A stretch of 63,035 nucleotides of DNA, filler included, from Choristocarpus tenellus KU-1152 (taxonomy: Eukaryota > Protista > Phaeophyceae): NCBI GenBank assembly GCA_964200185.2. It is 10 parts of 10 records of this genome, joined end to end, with 100 filler letters (N's around TTAATTAATTAA, not from the genome) between each part and the next. Parts side by side here need not be neighbours in the genome. Positions count along the whole stretch, not along the records: positions 11,286 to 22,245 come from CAXNAD020002603.1; positions 22,346 to 27,396 come from CAXNAD020012039.1; 8 more parts are not named here. The stretch is one strand, 5' to 3'. The notes below the pieces were generated by a model. It saw only the letters and a program-made list of their open reading frames with translations. It had not been told where the DNA came from and ran no database searches. The position numbers and the translations under genes are program-made. This document shows positions 12,621 through 27,117 of this stretch, piece by piece; the first letter of the stretch is position 1, and every line of letters begins with the position of its first letter.

Positions 12621-15600
12621 TATGATGTTTTATGGTTGTGTGCCTGCATTGTATCACAAAGGGGAGTGATGTTATACAACGTGGAAGACATAAATGAAAC
12701 GCACGGATGTACATGCGTACTGTGCATTTCATCATCGAAGTGTATGGTGGCACTGTGTCTGATGAGATATTTCAGTTCCACTACATGCTGCAGATGTTAT
12801 TGTGGGGGGGACAAGAATAATAAAAAAAGACAAAAGAATACAACAAACACAAGAATAAAAGAGGCTGAAAGACCTTCCACTTCACCAAAAACATTTGCAG
12901 TAAATTTGAAAACAACTCTATCTCCGTCCACATTACATTATGAAGTTACTATGATTGTATTTGAATTGTCACTAGCAATAAGAACAGTGCGATGGAAGAT
13001 AGTATCTCTGTGGGAATGACTGATGCAATCACTAATATGTGACCTTGGAGAAGAGTAGCCTATATTCTAATATCGCTTACCCGCATCTTATCGCTAACTT
13101 CTCAAATTATTCAAAGCAAAAGAAAGTGAGTGCTGTCTATGCTGATTTAATGGAGGTCATATCGACGCCCCTTTCCCAGTTGCCTTTATCTCCTCCCTCC
13201 ACAAACAATTTTATTTGGTAGTTCCAATTCGTGTGGCTACGTCACACACAAGGGGGTTGTTGTCTCCGAAACTAACTGAAGGCTTGTGTCTAGCAAACAA
13301 CCAGTTGAACAGATGGAACAACCACAAACTTCAGGTTCTTTGTTTCATGTATTGTGTTTATCTGACTATGCATTTCTCTATACACTGGTGACGGCGGAGG
13401 AGGGGAGCACCGAGAGATATGTAGAAAAGGAGGATACGAGGATGCTGATGACAAAATGCATAAAAACGAATTTTCGCGACAAAATATGCACCGACAAAAT
13501 GTGTGTGCCCGATTATTTTTACGCAATTTTCAAGGAGCCATTTTGAGAGTTAGGCAAGGTTGCATTTGAAAGATCCTGAGAAAGGGCAGAAAGATCATTT
13601 TGTACCATTACAAAAGGACTCTTTGCTGAATTGTAGTGTCTATTCGTGTTTGGAAAGGGGGAACATCACTCTTGTGTACATCAATTGTGCACATAAGGAA
13701 TAAATAGACTGTATTGCACAGAAAAAGAAATATAGCTGAGAATGCAAAAGGATCCAAATCTGCCTACCTCTCATCAATTGGTTTGGCTCAAAAATGTAGG
13801 ATCCTAACCCACCCATGTATATAATTAGGAGGTAAGGTCTGAACTAAAGCGTACAGTGATAGTAGTGATCCCTAAAATCGCAAACGAAGTAGCAAGGAGT
13901 CAATCCCACTCACTGCTTGTTAGTTACACCATCATGGTAGGACTCTGGAGACTCTAAGATCTTTGAACATACCACTACGTCTTTGAACATACCACTGCGA
14001 CTACTATTACTAATAGTAGTAATGCCATACCTTTGATCATGAACTGTGCGAACATAACGAACTTCAATTCTGTAGCTTAGGTTATAGTCTAGCAGAGGAC
14101 GCACAACACCACTTCTTCCATTAATGATAAATGTTAAGGTAAGGGGATGTGACATAGTTTTTCATATGGGGAAGATTGATCATAAACCACCTTTTCAGGG
14201 GCCCACAAAACAAATTTACTAGATGCAATGTATAGTCTGCAATTCCTTGCTGCCTCTTGACTATACAAAATTATGTCGCACTGTCGCCGTACGATTTACT
14301 CCCAAACATGTACCAAAGAAGATTAGTAGATCCGAATTGATGTGTTAAACTTTCATAGTATCCTTGGGAATTAGTACAACTTGCATACATATCTAACACA
14401 ACAGTAGTATCGTATCCACGTTATTATTTATCGCAATAGCTGATTCAAGTGACGTGATCGATTTATCCCAGAAAATCCCTCACCTACCGCACCAGAGTGG
14501 TATCTTTAGTTTATGAGCTGCGCTCACAATGGGTAGTCGTATTTTCCTCTCCAGAAAGTATTAGAATTAGGAACGTGTACTACTTTGAACAGTACTTCAA
14601 TGCTCATGTGTTGTATACCTATACAACTAACTCCTCAACACCAAATATTATATTTGAACGAAAAGGAGTCCGACGTCGAGGATTGGTGCAAAACGATAGT
14701 GCAGACCACGCCTACGTCCCATAAAAATATGGTGGCCAGACTCAAAGGTTCAATTTTTCCCTTAAAATCAAGTGATGCACGTGTTGCACGCAGTATGATG
14801 TACGACCTTTCAAGTGAATATCCATTAGAGTATCCCCGTTTCCGAAGCCTTGTCACAGCATCCCTTAGCTCCGTTTCCTCGGCAAGGTTGTGCTCTTGGA
14901 GAGTGGATATGATCTTCATTGATATCATCCCATCAACGGTAGCAATATGAGAGTCGCTGCACTCTAAATCCTCCTTGAACGCCCGAATGGTTTCCCTCTC
15001 TTTGCTAGCCTTATACTTCGAAGAATGTAGTAAGGCAACGTGCAATATGGTTCACCATGATCTGCTTCTCGAAATCCCTGCATCGATTGTTAAGGAACGC
15101 TAGGACTTACTTGGCGAACACTTACACCCGCACAGATTGTGACAAAGTACAAGGAGTGGATGAACTACCCGTTCATGGAACCAAGGAGCACATCGCACAT
15201 ACTGTACGACCCTCCCATCCACAACACAGCATGGTAACCCTGCAGATTGCTGGATTGGCACATTTGTGGTGCAGTGTTTAAAAGTTGTGCACTATACGAT
15301 TGTTGGTTCATAGCAAAGGGGCAGAACCATCAGAACAGGTACATGATACAAATTTGAAAGTGGTTCGTCTAGAAAAAGTGAGTACAGTTATGAAATTGTT
15401 TGAAACGTCCAAATAATATTCAAGAAAGATATCTTACTTGAAATAATAAACACATGTGGCTCCACTTACACATAACTTTGCGGAAGTACCTCGGCTAGGC
15501 ATGCTTCCCAACGTTAATGAGGGGGTCGGTTGGGCTCCATCCCTGCGCCGTGACACCATTCAGCAGTATCACTTCCGACAAAAGATACACAAAAGTGAAA

Positions 15601-17224
15601 CAAATGTTGGCTCGGAGAGGTGCTTGCATAGATGGCCTCGTGCTTCAGGTTTCTCCCACAAGGCTGTTGATCACTTTCTCGACCGTCGCCCCTCGCTGGC
15701 ATGGACTTAGCCTTCCACACAGCTGTAACGTGTAGACATTCTCAGTACAAAATTACTCCGGGTATAATCGGTTATCTGTAAAGAAGGCTTGGTCGGAGCA
15801 TATTCAACATTCCGCCCTTAGCACTGGTCAGACTCATCTTCATGCCATTGCCTTCAACGTACTCTACCATAGGTGGGAGGCCGCCTGCCGGCTTCTTCAT
15901 GATAGCGATAGCTCCAAGGGGGAGGCCCACGCTAGGCAGCTTGCAAAATCGCGAGCGGTCTACGCTCATTGGTGCCGCCGTTCAAGAATGTTAGATCTCC
16001 ATGGGTGAGCAAGCATTAGCCAATCACTACCATTACAATGGCATTGCAAACTTTCATTTTCGAAGATTTCTCTTCCATGATACGCTAGAGGATAAGGAGG
16101 ATAGGGTGGTTTCACTACTTGAAGTGTCTGATGGAAATCAAATTGTCAAACTTCACCTGGATGGGTGTGAATTAGGGTGTACTTGTACTTGGAGAACTTC
16201 ACCGTTTAAACTTTCTGAGTGCTTGGTTTCTATCCCTTCCTCCGGCGCATCACGAGATTTTATCTTGTTTGGATGACGGAAGATTCCCCAAAAATGTGCT
16301 TGCTGAAAAGATTCGATGATGGGGTGACAAGTCGAAGTTCACACCAGTAAACAACGTTACAATCGCAGAGTAAATGTGAGAAAAATAAATGATGGACGGA
16401 GTGCACCTTCAGAACGTTCTTCACAGAACGTACTACTCCTCTTTTAACCTTGAAACACCGGTCCTGTGGGCCAGGTGGGGCTTGACAGATGCCCAGCATT
16501 CTTGCATCATTTCATACCATTGTAGTGCTAGCGTAGAAGAGCATCACTTGTATCATCGTATTTTTTTACTGTGCAGTCAGTCCCCAGGGAAACTCCCCCC
16601 TCCTTGGGAGCCACCACTGAAACAAATCTTTCACTTTTGCGCACACATTTTCAAAAACCTAACCTTAACCTAGCATGTGTGTGAAAAAGAAGCTACCCTA
16701 GCCGAGGAACCACTCTTGGAGAAGTTTCACATTGTGGTGCAGCAGTATAGTGTGCACTGGGGAAGCACCTCTTCTCAGGGTTCCACCACTATCACCTCTT
16801 TTTCACCTTCTCACACACACTTTTCAAATCCTGGCCCTAACCCTAACCCTGACCCATATGTGAAAATAGCCTGTAACCTTCGTTTGAAGAAGTGGGGAAG
16901 AAAGCATGACAGTAGTGGTTCCCCAAGACAGGGGGTTTCCCTGTCCACTTCAACAGGCAACTACTACACCTATTGTATTGGAAGGTCTCTATACTATTCA
17001 ACACAGATTTTGTGTTCTACCTTCGTCTATCCTCTGATAACACCTTCAAAATGTGGGTAGTAACATAACAGCAGTACATGCATCATATAACAAAACAAAG
17101 TAATCCACAGTTTTGCACGCCCCATACGCTGTGAGAATGCAGACAAAGATAGATGGTGATACTCACGCAAAAGACCTCTCGTATTTGTTTTACATACTGG
17201 ATATTGGAAAATCGCTTTTATTAG

Positions 17225-19338
17225 GTTGGACTTGAAACCCAGAGGAACACCTAAAATCCAGATCCAAGACCTGTGCCAGTCCCACAATGGGCACATGGAG
17301 AGCACTGAACTGGGACAGGAGCAGGACCTTTCCGTCAGCAGGGGACCTGAGGAGGATGAACCTGCCATGACTCGAATTGAAGCACTTGGCATGCTTGGCG
17401 TTGACCTGAACAACCTTGGTGTGATGATGCGAGCTAGGACTAAGATGTTGGAGCAGGAGGAGAAGGAAGCTGCACAGCTTATCATTGATCATAAAGTACC
17501 TGGATTGCCAACCTTACCGGTTCCTCTGGCCAACACTAAGCAAGGTCGGAGTACAAATAGAGCTGAGGGAGGGGTTGTGAAAAGAGAGGGCAACAAGGAA
17601 ATGAAGGAAAGGCTTCAGACAAAGCTTAAGGCGCTCAACATCCTGCTAGATATAATAAGTGTGAAAGATGATGATTTCGTAAATAGTGGAGCACAGGAGG
17701 GGGAGGTTCTTCGCATTACTGACAACAACACCGGAAGGTCATCCAAGCTCGAATTAAAAACGTCAAGATCAGAGAGTGTGTCTGCCCCTGCTTCTGAAAG
17801 AGGCAATCCGAAAGACAAAGGTGAACTAAGATCTGATACGGATGTACGTGTGGCTGAGTGTCGGTTGCAGCCTGTGAGAGACAGTTTCAAGGGATGTGCA
17901 AACAATAAGAGAACCCTCGACATGGAAGGCAGACAACCAGCAGCAGGTGGAAGGTGGGCAGCCATCAAAGCAGTGGTGTCTGCAGCGGGAGTTTATAATC
18001 ACAGCAGAAGGAGACAGGCAGATGTGTCACACGAAGTACAAGCAAAAAGGTTGGGCAAAGCCCTGGTGTGCCACAGGTGAATATGATAAAGCATGAGCCT
18101 GGTTGTACTTGTAGCGGTCAATTATTTTTTATTCCATATGCTTCCTACCTCCCCCGCCAGCGGAAGGAGTCCACCATACAGTTCTCCGACCAAGTACATT
18201 TTTGTTTAAGATCTAAAACCAAGTGTTTGACTAGACGCTCATCACTAGCTAGTACTTCGAGATACGATTACTCGATGAGCCAGCCCATAGTGAGATCACT
18301 ATTCTGTGATGAAGTTGCTGACCAAGATTTACCTGCCACATGGAGAGCCAACCTGACGTGCCCTTGTTGGGAGTCATTTTCTGTGCATGATCAGCCATAC
18401 ACGATTAACGTTTTTAATCACTGAATAGACTTTGGCCCTTACCACTTGTCAAACTCAAGTAGTAGATATTGTTGCACCCCAGGCAAACACAAGCTGTGTC
18501 ATAGACAAGGTCTAGCTACCTCACTAATGCATTGCGAACTTTAGCATTCTGGACAAGAGAAGTGGATCTGTTTCACCACCTTACAAGGGTGATTAAGCCT
18601 CCTACCTTCAGAGTGCTTCAGATTTACAAAAAGCATGACCTCTCAGGTATAAATAGAATATTAATGAGAACTGAAATAAGCGATACTTCTGACTGACCTT
18701 CAAACTGGCGGTTGGATATTTTAAAGCCCTTTGAAATCGAATCCTGTCTTCCGGTCTCATTACTTCCCCCTCCCCCCAGTCTCCCTCTCCAATCATTAGC
18801 TCTCCTACACCGTCTCCTCTTGACAATAAACAGACCATGGTGGACATGGGTTAGCCTCCTCCCTTCTGGACTCAAAGGCCTTTCTGTCCCCGACACTGTA
18901 GTCCTTGATTTCCCCCCTCACGTTCTGAAGGAGGGTAAGAGTCAAAGGAGACCGGCGCATCGACCGCCCCCGCAGTTTGTCCGACTGTACTCAACATCAG
19001 CCTTCAGCGCTAGAGACAACTCAAACAGGACGTGCACATGTGTGAGACGGGACAATGATGATGATGCCAATCCAGAGGAGGGTTCAACAGTGGCTTCAAC
19101 AGGGTTAGTTGGGCGCTGCCAGTGTAATGGGTATGGGCCGGTGCTTGAAAGGGAAATGATATCGACTGAGGCGCTGGAGGATCGAGTGAGAGTGGCCAAA
19201 CAGATTTTCGAGTCCAGCTCAAGGGGTCAACTTTGTGCTGGGGAAAGGGGGGAAGCGAAGGAGCTGCCCGTGGCGCTGCTCAAGTCCTGGGGCAGATTTA
19301 TTTCACATGGGGGTCAATACAAACGATCTTCCCGTGTG
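17225..19338 (+). CDS. Hypothetical protein, internal exons (approx. 17225-18076 and 18780-19338)
   Basis: Long open frames (284 and 235 aa) with a pyrimidine-tract acceptor at 18779, a phase-compatible CACAG|GT donor and a GTG|GTGAGT donor at 19338. No domain recognised. Confidence 0.6.
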
Positions 19339-19924
19339 GTGAGTCAGCCACCCTACATAGGCTTGTGGGAAGGGTTAACTAGTGATGGTAAGGTTTTCAC
19401 AAATGCACATGTGGGGTAATTACTGGGCCACTGGAATGAGGTGTTATTTGCACAATGCCACCATCCTTTGCAAACGTACGTATACATAGAATAATTTTTT
19501 GGGGGGTCACACACACACATGAATATATATTTTATTTTTGAAAGAAAGAACAGAAATGGTTGATTTTAATACTAAACTCAAGGACATGCAAGGGGAGTTT
19601 GGGTTAGGGTGAGAGCTTATGTTAGACTTCCTCTGTTGCAAGGTGGAGTGAGGACAGTTCAGCCACTGCCCCTGCTCTTGTCCCTAAGAAACTTCTTGGA
19701 CATGCAATCACTACTGTTGGATCACTAGACACCAACATTCAAACAAGGGTCTCCTGGTAGGTAGTGCCCAGTTAAGGGTCGTCCCGATGCGAAAAACTAG
19801 ATTTGGAATAAGGCACACCTCGCCCTAATATTTTGCATTCTTGCCAATCTTCCTTGAATGCACCTGCTTAAAGGGGCTCTTGTGGCAGTAGGTTTTTAGC
19901 ATCCCATTAGAGTCCCGTAGGGAA

Positions 19925-19963
19925 TAGGGCTAGGGTTAGGGTTAGGGCTAGGGTTAGGGCTAA
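19925..19963 (+). repeat. Interstitial telomere-like (TTAGGG/CTAGGG)n tract
   Basis: TAGGGC TAGGGT TAGGGT TAGGGC TAGGGT TAGGGC TAA. Confidence 0.9.
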
Positions 19964-20743
19964 GTGTTCCTAAAAAACATCTTGCTGATCAAGACGTTGA
20001 TGGAGTTCACAGAAGGAGTAGTATGCTTATCTCTACCGATAGGTGCACAAGAAACCAGACAACAGACTGGAAAAAAGAACAAAAAACAAGAGGTTTCCAC
20101 ATCTCGGAAGGCATTTATGAATACCGTGTGTGAGATTATTTTCGTACCTTACAGTAACCATCGTAGAACATCTGTATGTGTATTACATTCAGCTTCTCAA
20201 TAATCTCAATATGTGGGGTGTTCTTGCACTCTGCAATGCGTGTTTTTCTTCACCTTTTTTTTATATATTTTTCAATATTTATTTTTTGTTCAAAAATGAA
20301 GACGAAGGCTTTTCGTCAGGTGCTTCAGATTTTTCTTGGAGCAGGTAGTCAGTCGCAAGCTTCTTCCCAGATCATATTTTTGGAAAAACAGTAATCGAAT
20401 TTCAACAAAACTTTTCATTCGGGGGGATCTTTTTTCGAGGGGGTCAGGTCGCCAACAACTTTGAAAATTTCCTGCTCTCTGCCCGAATTGGAAATTGGGA
20501 GTTGGCAGAGCAGTGTGGCGTTTTACCTTTTATCCCAGAATGGTACAAGAAAATTGCACATATACTACTATATTGCCAACAGTTTTTTTGTCCCCCTCTT
20601 TTATCATGCCGTACCATCCACTAAATTGAAAAAAAAAAAATCTAATAACTTGGTTTGGGCAAATAACGCAAGAGATGACCTTTGGCATGGTACCTATAGC
20701 ATCGTAGAACAGGAAAGACAGTTCAGTCATTGATACTTTGTTA

Positions 20744-21011
20744 GAGTGGAAGTAACTTCGAGGGTACGAGTTTTTCCCTGTTTGTCTTGTTTGTCCATTT
20801 GGGACTTCGGATATTCGCAGGTTTTAAATGATATTTTTCCTACTCCAAAATGTTTCGGAGTAGGTAAAATGTGTATGTTGTGAAAAGGTGCGTCCCGAAC
20901 AAGGATATTGACATCTCCTCACGAACACGATAGCCAAAATTGCATCAAGATTACAACATTGGATTTTGGCCCCAAATGGACGCGACTCTACCCTCTAAGA
21001 TACTATGACTC
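20744..21011 (+). mobile_element. Full-length MITE copy
   Basis: GAGTGGAAGTAACTTCGAGGGTAC ... TACCCTCTAAGATACTATGACTC; flanks TTA/TTG. Confidence 0.92.
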
Positions 21012-21032
21012 TTGCCGTATACGCGTAGCGTT

Positions 21033-21132
21033 TAACCCTAACCCTAGACCAAATCCTAACCCTAGGCCGAACCCGAATCCGACTCAAACCCAAACCCTAA
21101 CCCTAACCCTAACCCTAACCCTAACCCTAACC
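21033..21132 (-). repeat. Interstitial telomere-like (CCCTAA)n tract with degenerate units
   Basis: Direct reading; ends in several perfect AACCCT units. Confidence 0.92.
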
Positions 21133-22505
21133 AAGAGTGAAATAATCTCTGCCATATACTGATAAGTGTGTTAATACGAATTTCAAATTTAAAGATCTTG
21201 TTGCACACACGCACCTCCAAGAATAGAAATTAAAAAAAAAAAGTTAAGGAAACAGGAGATTTTGCGGGGCAGACGCAACCTATCGATAAAATGTGATTTC
21301 GGGCCATTCTGTTGATGTAACTGCCATTTTTAAATGCCATACGCATGCGTCCTACTATCTCGTTCTTGTTCTCCCAGTACATCGAAAAATCTGACCAAGA
21401 ATCTTGGCATGAGTCCCATCCACCACAGCGCCACAGTCTTCCAATACCCATAACACTGTTTCTTAAAAGTAGGGTTAAGGTTAAGTTCGGCGGTATGGTA
21501 TGAACCAATTATAAAGGGGAAAAGCTGCTCACCATGTGTGTGAAATGATTTGTACCTTTGGGGTTAGTAGTTTAACACTATAAACTACCAACCCTAACCC
21601 CAGCCCCAATTGCTGATTCACAGGCCAGCCAGCAGAAAGCGACATTTTTTTTCGTTGGTCGCCCACCCCCCCCAAAAAAAACAGGTACCGATTTATTTCT
21701 TTTTACCATGATCCAGCAAAGCACTGGACGTGGTACTGCCAGCAAACATTGCTATGGTCGTTACTTGAGACCACAGTGCTCAATATTTATTATTAAAAAA
21801 AAAAAAAAAGTTTAAACCTAGATTTTTATATTGCATGGAACCGAGGTGAGGTGTCTTGCAAGCAGTGACATCATTGAGTGGCAGTACGTATGACAGAGGT
21901 ATGAGGTGGAACAAGGTGTACCAATGGAAAATGGCCTGAATGCCACGCTAAGTCAATAATAGGACCGCCTTCATCCTGGAAGCTCCACCGACCTCTCAGT
22001 TTTGCCGTGACCCCATCTGTAGATTGGTGTTGCTAAGAGTGTTGTGTTTTTGGAGTAATTGTATATCATTAGGGTGTGGTTTGACAACGCCCTGGCAACC
22101 AATACTGTTGCACAATCGTGAAGAGGATAGCAAGAAAAAGGTACATACGAGAAAAAGGTACACACACAGTTCAACCCAAAGTATTCCAGAGGGGGAGGTG
22201 CATTTTTTCCTTTAAAAAAGAGGGGGGGGGGGGGTTGAAAGAATTNNNNNNNNNNNNNNNNNNNNNNNNNNNNNNNNNNNNNNNNNNNNTTAATTAATTA
22301 ANNNNNNNNNNNNNNNNNNNNNNNNNNNNNNNNNNNNNNNNNNNNCCCCCCCCCTAAGATACTTTGACCCACAACATTCAGCAGCCCTACATACCCCCCA
22401 CTACTAATACTTAATTCAAAAGCAGTGTTTCTTCTCCAAAACGGTACTCTCACTAAATTTCGTTGAGAAAACTTCCCTAACATTCGGGGACCCTTGGTCC
22501 ATCAA

Positions 22506-22533
22506 ACCCTAACCCTAACCCTAACCCTAACCA
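22506..22533 (-). repeat. Interstitial (CCCTAA)4 tract
   Basis: Direct reading. Confidence 0.9.
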
Positions 22534-22980
22534 TGACCATGACTAGCACAGAACAAAAATTGCACACAGTAAGTCATACTTACATTATTGTTGGTATGAC
22601 AACAGATCAATAATATCCATCCATCCATCCATCCCCATTCATTTGAATACCACTATTTATAAATCAATATAATATTACATGATTAAAACCAGTATACGCA
22701 AACTAATACTGTCCAACATCCATCCATCCATCCATCCATCCATCCATCCGTACACCACCGTTCATAAATAAATCAATAGTATAGTACAAATTTATTGTAC
22801 TCTTCATAATATACACAAACAAAAATTGTCCATCCATCCATCCACCCATCCGTACATCACAATTTGTATATTAAAAATTTTAAGTGAATATCTACAGGAA
22901 GCAAAGAAAAAAAATAACACTTACCAATCTCTCTAACACAGAAAATAATAATAATAATATTAAGATATTGTTCAACTCAC

Positions 22981-25010
22981 GTGACTTGGCCACATCAAAG
23001 CCCTTGAACTTGACTCCCCCTAAGAATGTTATCCGAGAAAGTTCTGGAGCAATTTTCTTCTTTTTTGTTTTTCCTTTCTGCACAGAACAACAATCATCCA
23101 ATAGAAAAACAGCAAAAGAGAGGCACCTCTACCCTGTGAGTGGTTCGGTGTGAGTTGGAGAAAAGAAACACAATGGAAAAAATATACAAATAAAAAAATA
23201 ACAAAGATATACTTCCTGTTATTATTGTTCTTTTTCGATTTTACTCCAGGACGGTAAATTTAAACACAAGAAACAAACCCGAAAAAATAACATTTTCGTG
23301 AAGAGTGGGGAAAAAGAGAGAAGCAAAAAATTCTATTTATATTACATATATATATATTTTTTAATTCAAAACAGAGCGTAATATCATGAAGACTGGGGAA
23401 AAAGAGAGAAGCAAAAAATTCTATTTATATACATACATACATTTATTTATTTTTAAATTCAAAATAGAGTGTAATATCACTACATGTGAAATACCGCACC
23501 CCAATACATAAACATCTCTTCCTGGTGTTTGTTACCCTCCATACGATAAACCAGGAAAGACTTGAGACAATCAACAAGGCCTACTCCAAAGACCTGTTGT
23601 ATTACACACTTACTGGTGCAACACAATATGCAACACAATATGCAACACAACATGCAACAATGCCTCCCTTATTTCCATTCAATCCAATCCAATCCCGACA
23701 CTACCTACCTTCTTGAAGTCCACCACCAGCTTTACACCTCCCAGGTTAATCTTCCCCCTCTTACTCTTAGGGTTAGGGCCACCAATGCAGTTGGAGTTGT
23801 TTGGATTCTCACTGCTGGTGGATTCTGTCATGACATTGGCGATCTCACCATCCTCCTCATCATCTATGCCCTCGTCATCGGAGTCCGTCTCTACATACTC
23901 CTTAGGAAAAAAATAAAAAAAATTGAAAATGGACAAAAAAAACAGAAAAGAATAAAAAGAAAGAAGAGGGACACAAAGCGTTGGTAAAAAGCAGAAGCGG
24001 GTGTTACAACCGGGATGGCGTTTTCATTAATAAATAAATAATATATGCAATAAATATAATAAAAAAAAGAAGGTAGAGGTCGGTTAACTCTCGTGGAATT
24101 GGGTTCTCATATAACTTTAAAAAAGGGGTCACGAAATCAGACAACACCATTTTTTTATTATAGTTTTTTCAATGAGAAAGGATAACATACTTCAATAAAG
24201 AAATGAACAAAAAATACATATATATACTACTTCAGTAACATTTTTTATTTAAAAAAAAAAAAAAAAAAAATGCAGACAGTATTGCATAGTAGCACTCTAG
24301 AATATATAAATCGGAAGAGAGTACAAACACAAAAAAGTAACAACTATATTCTTGGAAGAGGAAAGAGGTGTGAGCATTAATCACAATTTCACCATCTTAT
24401 CTCCACCTAACCTTTTCAAAAAATAAATCAAAAGCATCAGAAGACGAAAAACTAGATCAGTAGTAAACACAACAACATTTCTACGGGAAGATATATATAT
24501 ATTTATATATCTGTACCTTAATGTAAAGATATATATATATATTTATCTGTACCTTAATGTAAATATATATATATATATATATCTGTACCTTAATGTAAAT
24601 ATATATATATATATATATATCTGTACCTTAATGTAAATACGTAAATATATATATATATATATATCTTAATGAAACAGAGTCAACAAATACCTCAGAACCA
24701 AGTCACACCTTGCTGCTGTCGCCATGTCTCTCTCACACACAAAATAAGGAGGTGATCTATTCAAACAAAAAAATGTAAGCACATGATAAGAAATAAAAAA
24801 AAATACAAGCATTATTTATTTATTGCCTCTTTCATTACACCGCTTCACTCCGTAAATAATCATTGTTTTTATTATTACTAAAAGAATAACAGCAATTATG
24901 CAAGTAAAAATATGTCAGCTTGATCGCAGAGATCTGAAATATAAGAAAAATAATCAAATCGCTAACCTCAATCACAGACATTTAAATCACTTCATTCTCC
25001 AAGCTCTTAC

Positions 25011-25047
<37 letters not shown>

Positions 25048-26193
25048 GTAATAAAAAATATTTGAAATATGCTACTTCCACCGAAACCCACTTTTCTCCA
25101 TTCCATCCCTCCCTAACCTGACTACATTGCTATTCTATTACTACTTGAATACTCTAAGTTCGAAAAAATAAAGAAATTTCAAAGCGGATCTCTAATGAAA
25201 TACATAATAAATACATAATAAATACGTAATAAATACATAATACATACATAATAAATACATAATAAATACATAATACACACATAACAAATACATAATACAC
25301 ACATAATACACACATAATACACACATAATACATATTTAAAGCACATGCACAGAATATTGATGGGAGGTGAGGTGAATGGATGTTTCCTTGAAATTTTCTA
25401 TTCTATTTTAAAAGCGATCAACTCAGAACAGAATTGAATGTATTTGACATACTTGCCCCTGTAGGAGAGAAACATCCCTCCAATAACCACCGTTCAAAAA
25501 CCAAATCAAAAATACCTTCTCATATTCCATCTTAATCTCTTAGTGCATTCCAAAGTAACAATGATATCCTCATCAAAATAATATTTAAAACATACCCTAT
25601 GGATCACAACAGTCCACAATATTCCGTCTCCTAGCACCATACTAATCTTACTATTATTACATAAGTTTAGTATAATATCAAAACAGCACTTTTTTCATTC
25701 TATATTACATGCAACATACTAATCTTACTATTATTACATAAGTTTAGTATAATATCAAAACAGCACATACATTACATACAACATACTAATCTTACTATTA
25801 TTACATACAAAGTGTCCATTACCAAAATAGCACATACATTACATACAACATACTAATCTTACGATTATTACATACTCCTTCATACAAAGAACACACTTTC
25901 AATCTTCAAAAGATAACTGTCAACACAACTGTCAACATAACTGACAACACAACTGTCAACACAACTGACAACACAACTGACAACATAACTGTCAACATAA
26001 CTGTCAACACAACATCGTACCCAAACAAAAAAAATACCACTTATCACATTGAAAAGGCCGTCATACCTGACCCTCCCTGCATATCTTTCCTTTTATTACC
26101 ACCTTTCCCCTCAGCATCTCTGGACTAGGCAACTCATCTCCATCTTCCACCGAGGGTATCGCTAGCCTCCTACCCAATTTCTCAATTAGCATC
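22981..26193 (-). CDS. Phosphoinositide-specific phospholipase C, internal exons 26193-26067, 23900-23709, 23077-22981
   Basis: End of X domain ([17 protein letters not shown]), acidic X-Y linker ([16 protein letters not shown]) and start of Y domain ([23 protein letters not shown]). Junctions are GT-AG and in phase. Confidence 0.88.
24488..26012. repeat. Cluster of intronic mini/microsatellites: ATCTGTACCTTAATGTAAA(TA)n x4, (AAT)n, (AATACATAAT)n, a ~67-77-bp unit x4, (ACACAACTGTCA)n
   Basis: Direct reading. Confidence 0.9.
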
Positions 26194-26335
26194 CTGTTGC
26201 ATCATTTTGTGTGCAAAAGCATGAGGGGAAGAGGAGTTAAAGATCACTACTAATCAGGCGGGATCAAGCAGCGGCCAATCAAAATACAGCAAATATTTCT
26301 CATCTTTTTTTTCCACTATACGGTATCGAACTCAC

Positions 26336-26410
26336 CAATACTAATAATACTACTACTAATAATAATAATAATAACAATATTAATAATAATACTAATAATA
26401 ATAACAATAC

Positions 26411-26443
<33 letters not shown>

Positions 26444-26468
26444 TATTAATAATAATAATAATAACAAT

Positions 26469-26506
<38 letters not shown>

Positions 26507-26686
26507 TATTAATAATAATAACAATAATAATAATAATAACAATACTAATAATAATAACAATACTACTACTACTAATAATAATAATAATAACAATATTAAT
26601 AATAATACTAATAATAATAATATTAATAATAATAACAATACTACTACTAATAATAATAATAACAATACTAATAATAATAATAAATA
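26336..26686. repeat. Long imperfect (AAT)n microsatellite
   Basis: Direct reading; explains the poly-Leu ORF 26300-26782. Confidence 0.95.
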
Positions 26687-26972
26687 AAAAACAAAGTACC
26701 CAGCAGAGTATGGCATGCTAGTAACATTCACCATTGAGTGCATAATATAAAAAAATATATATTCAGAAAATAACTCCCACAATTCTGGTGTAGCACATCC
26801 TGTTCACCCTAACCCTAACCTTAACTCTGACCCAGATCCCATCCTAGGTGGTCTACATAATGTGAATAATAACGATCCCTTTTTTAAAAAAAAGAAATTG
26901 TTGAGAAATGAAGGATATTATGATACATAATACAAATGGGACTGATAGGACACTCTAGTGCCACGAAATGCA

Positions 26973-27117
26973 CATATATATACATACACATATATACATA
27001 CACACACATATATATACATACACATATATACATACACATATATACATACACATATATACATACACATATATACATACACACATATATATATACATACACA
27101 TATATACATACACACAC
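26973..27117. repeat. Compound (AT)/(AC) microsatellite
   Basis: Direct reading. Confidence 0.95.

Noticed and set aside
20908-21162. Recurrent small ORFs with WILAPKWTRLYPLRYF-like peptides (also 37547, 38899, 39565, 62231)
   Set aside because: These are chance translations of the MITE, and the frames are not conserved between copies.
25638-25875. Four 25-bp direct repeats with ~42-52-bp spacers (CRISPR-like)
   Set aside because: The spacers are similar to each other. This is an AT-rich intronic minisatellite with no cas genes nearby.
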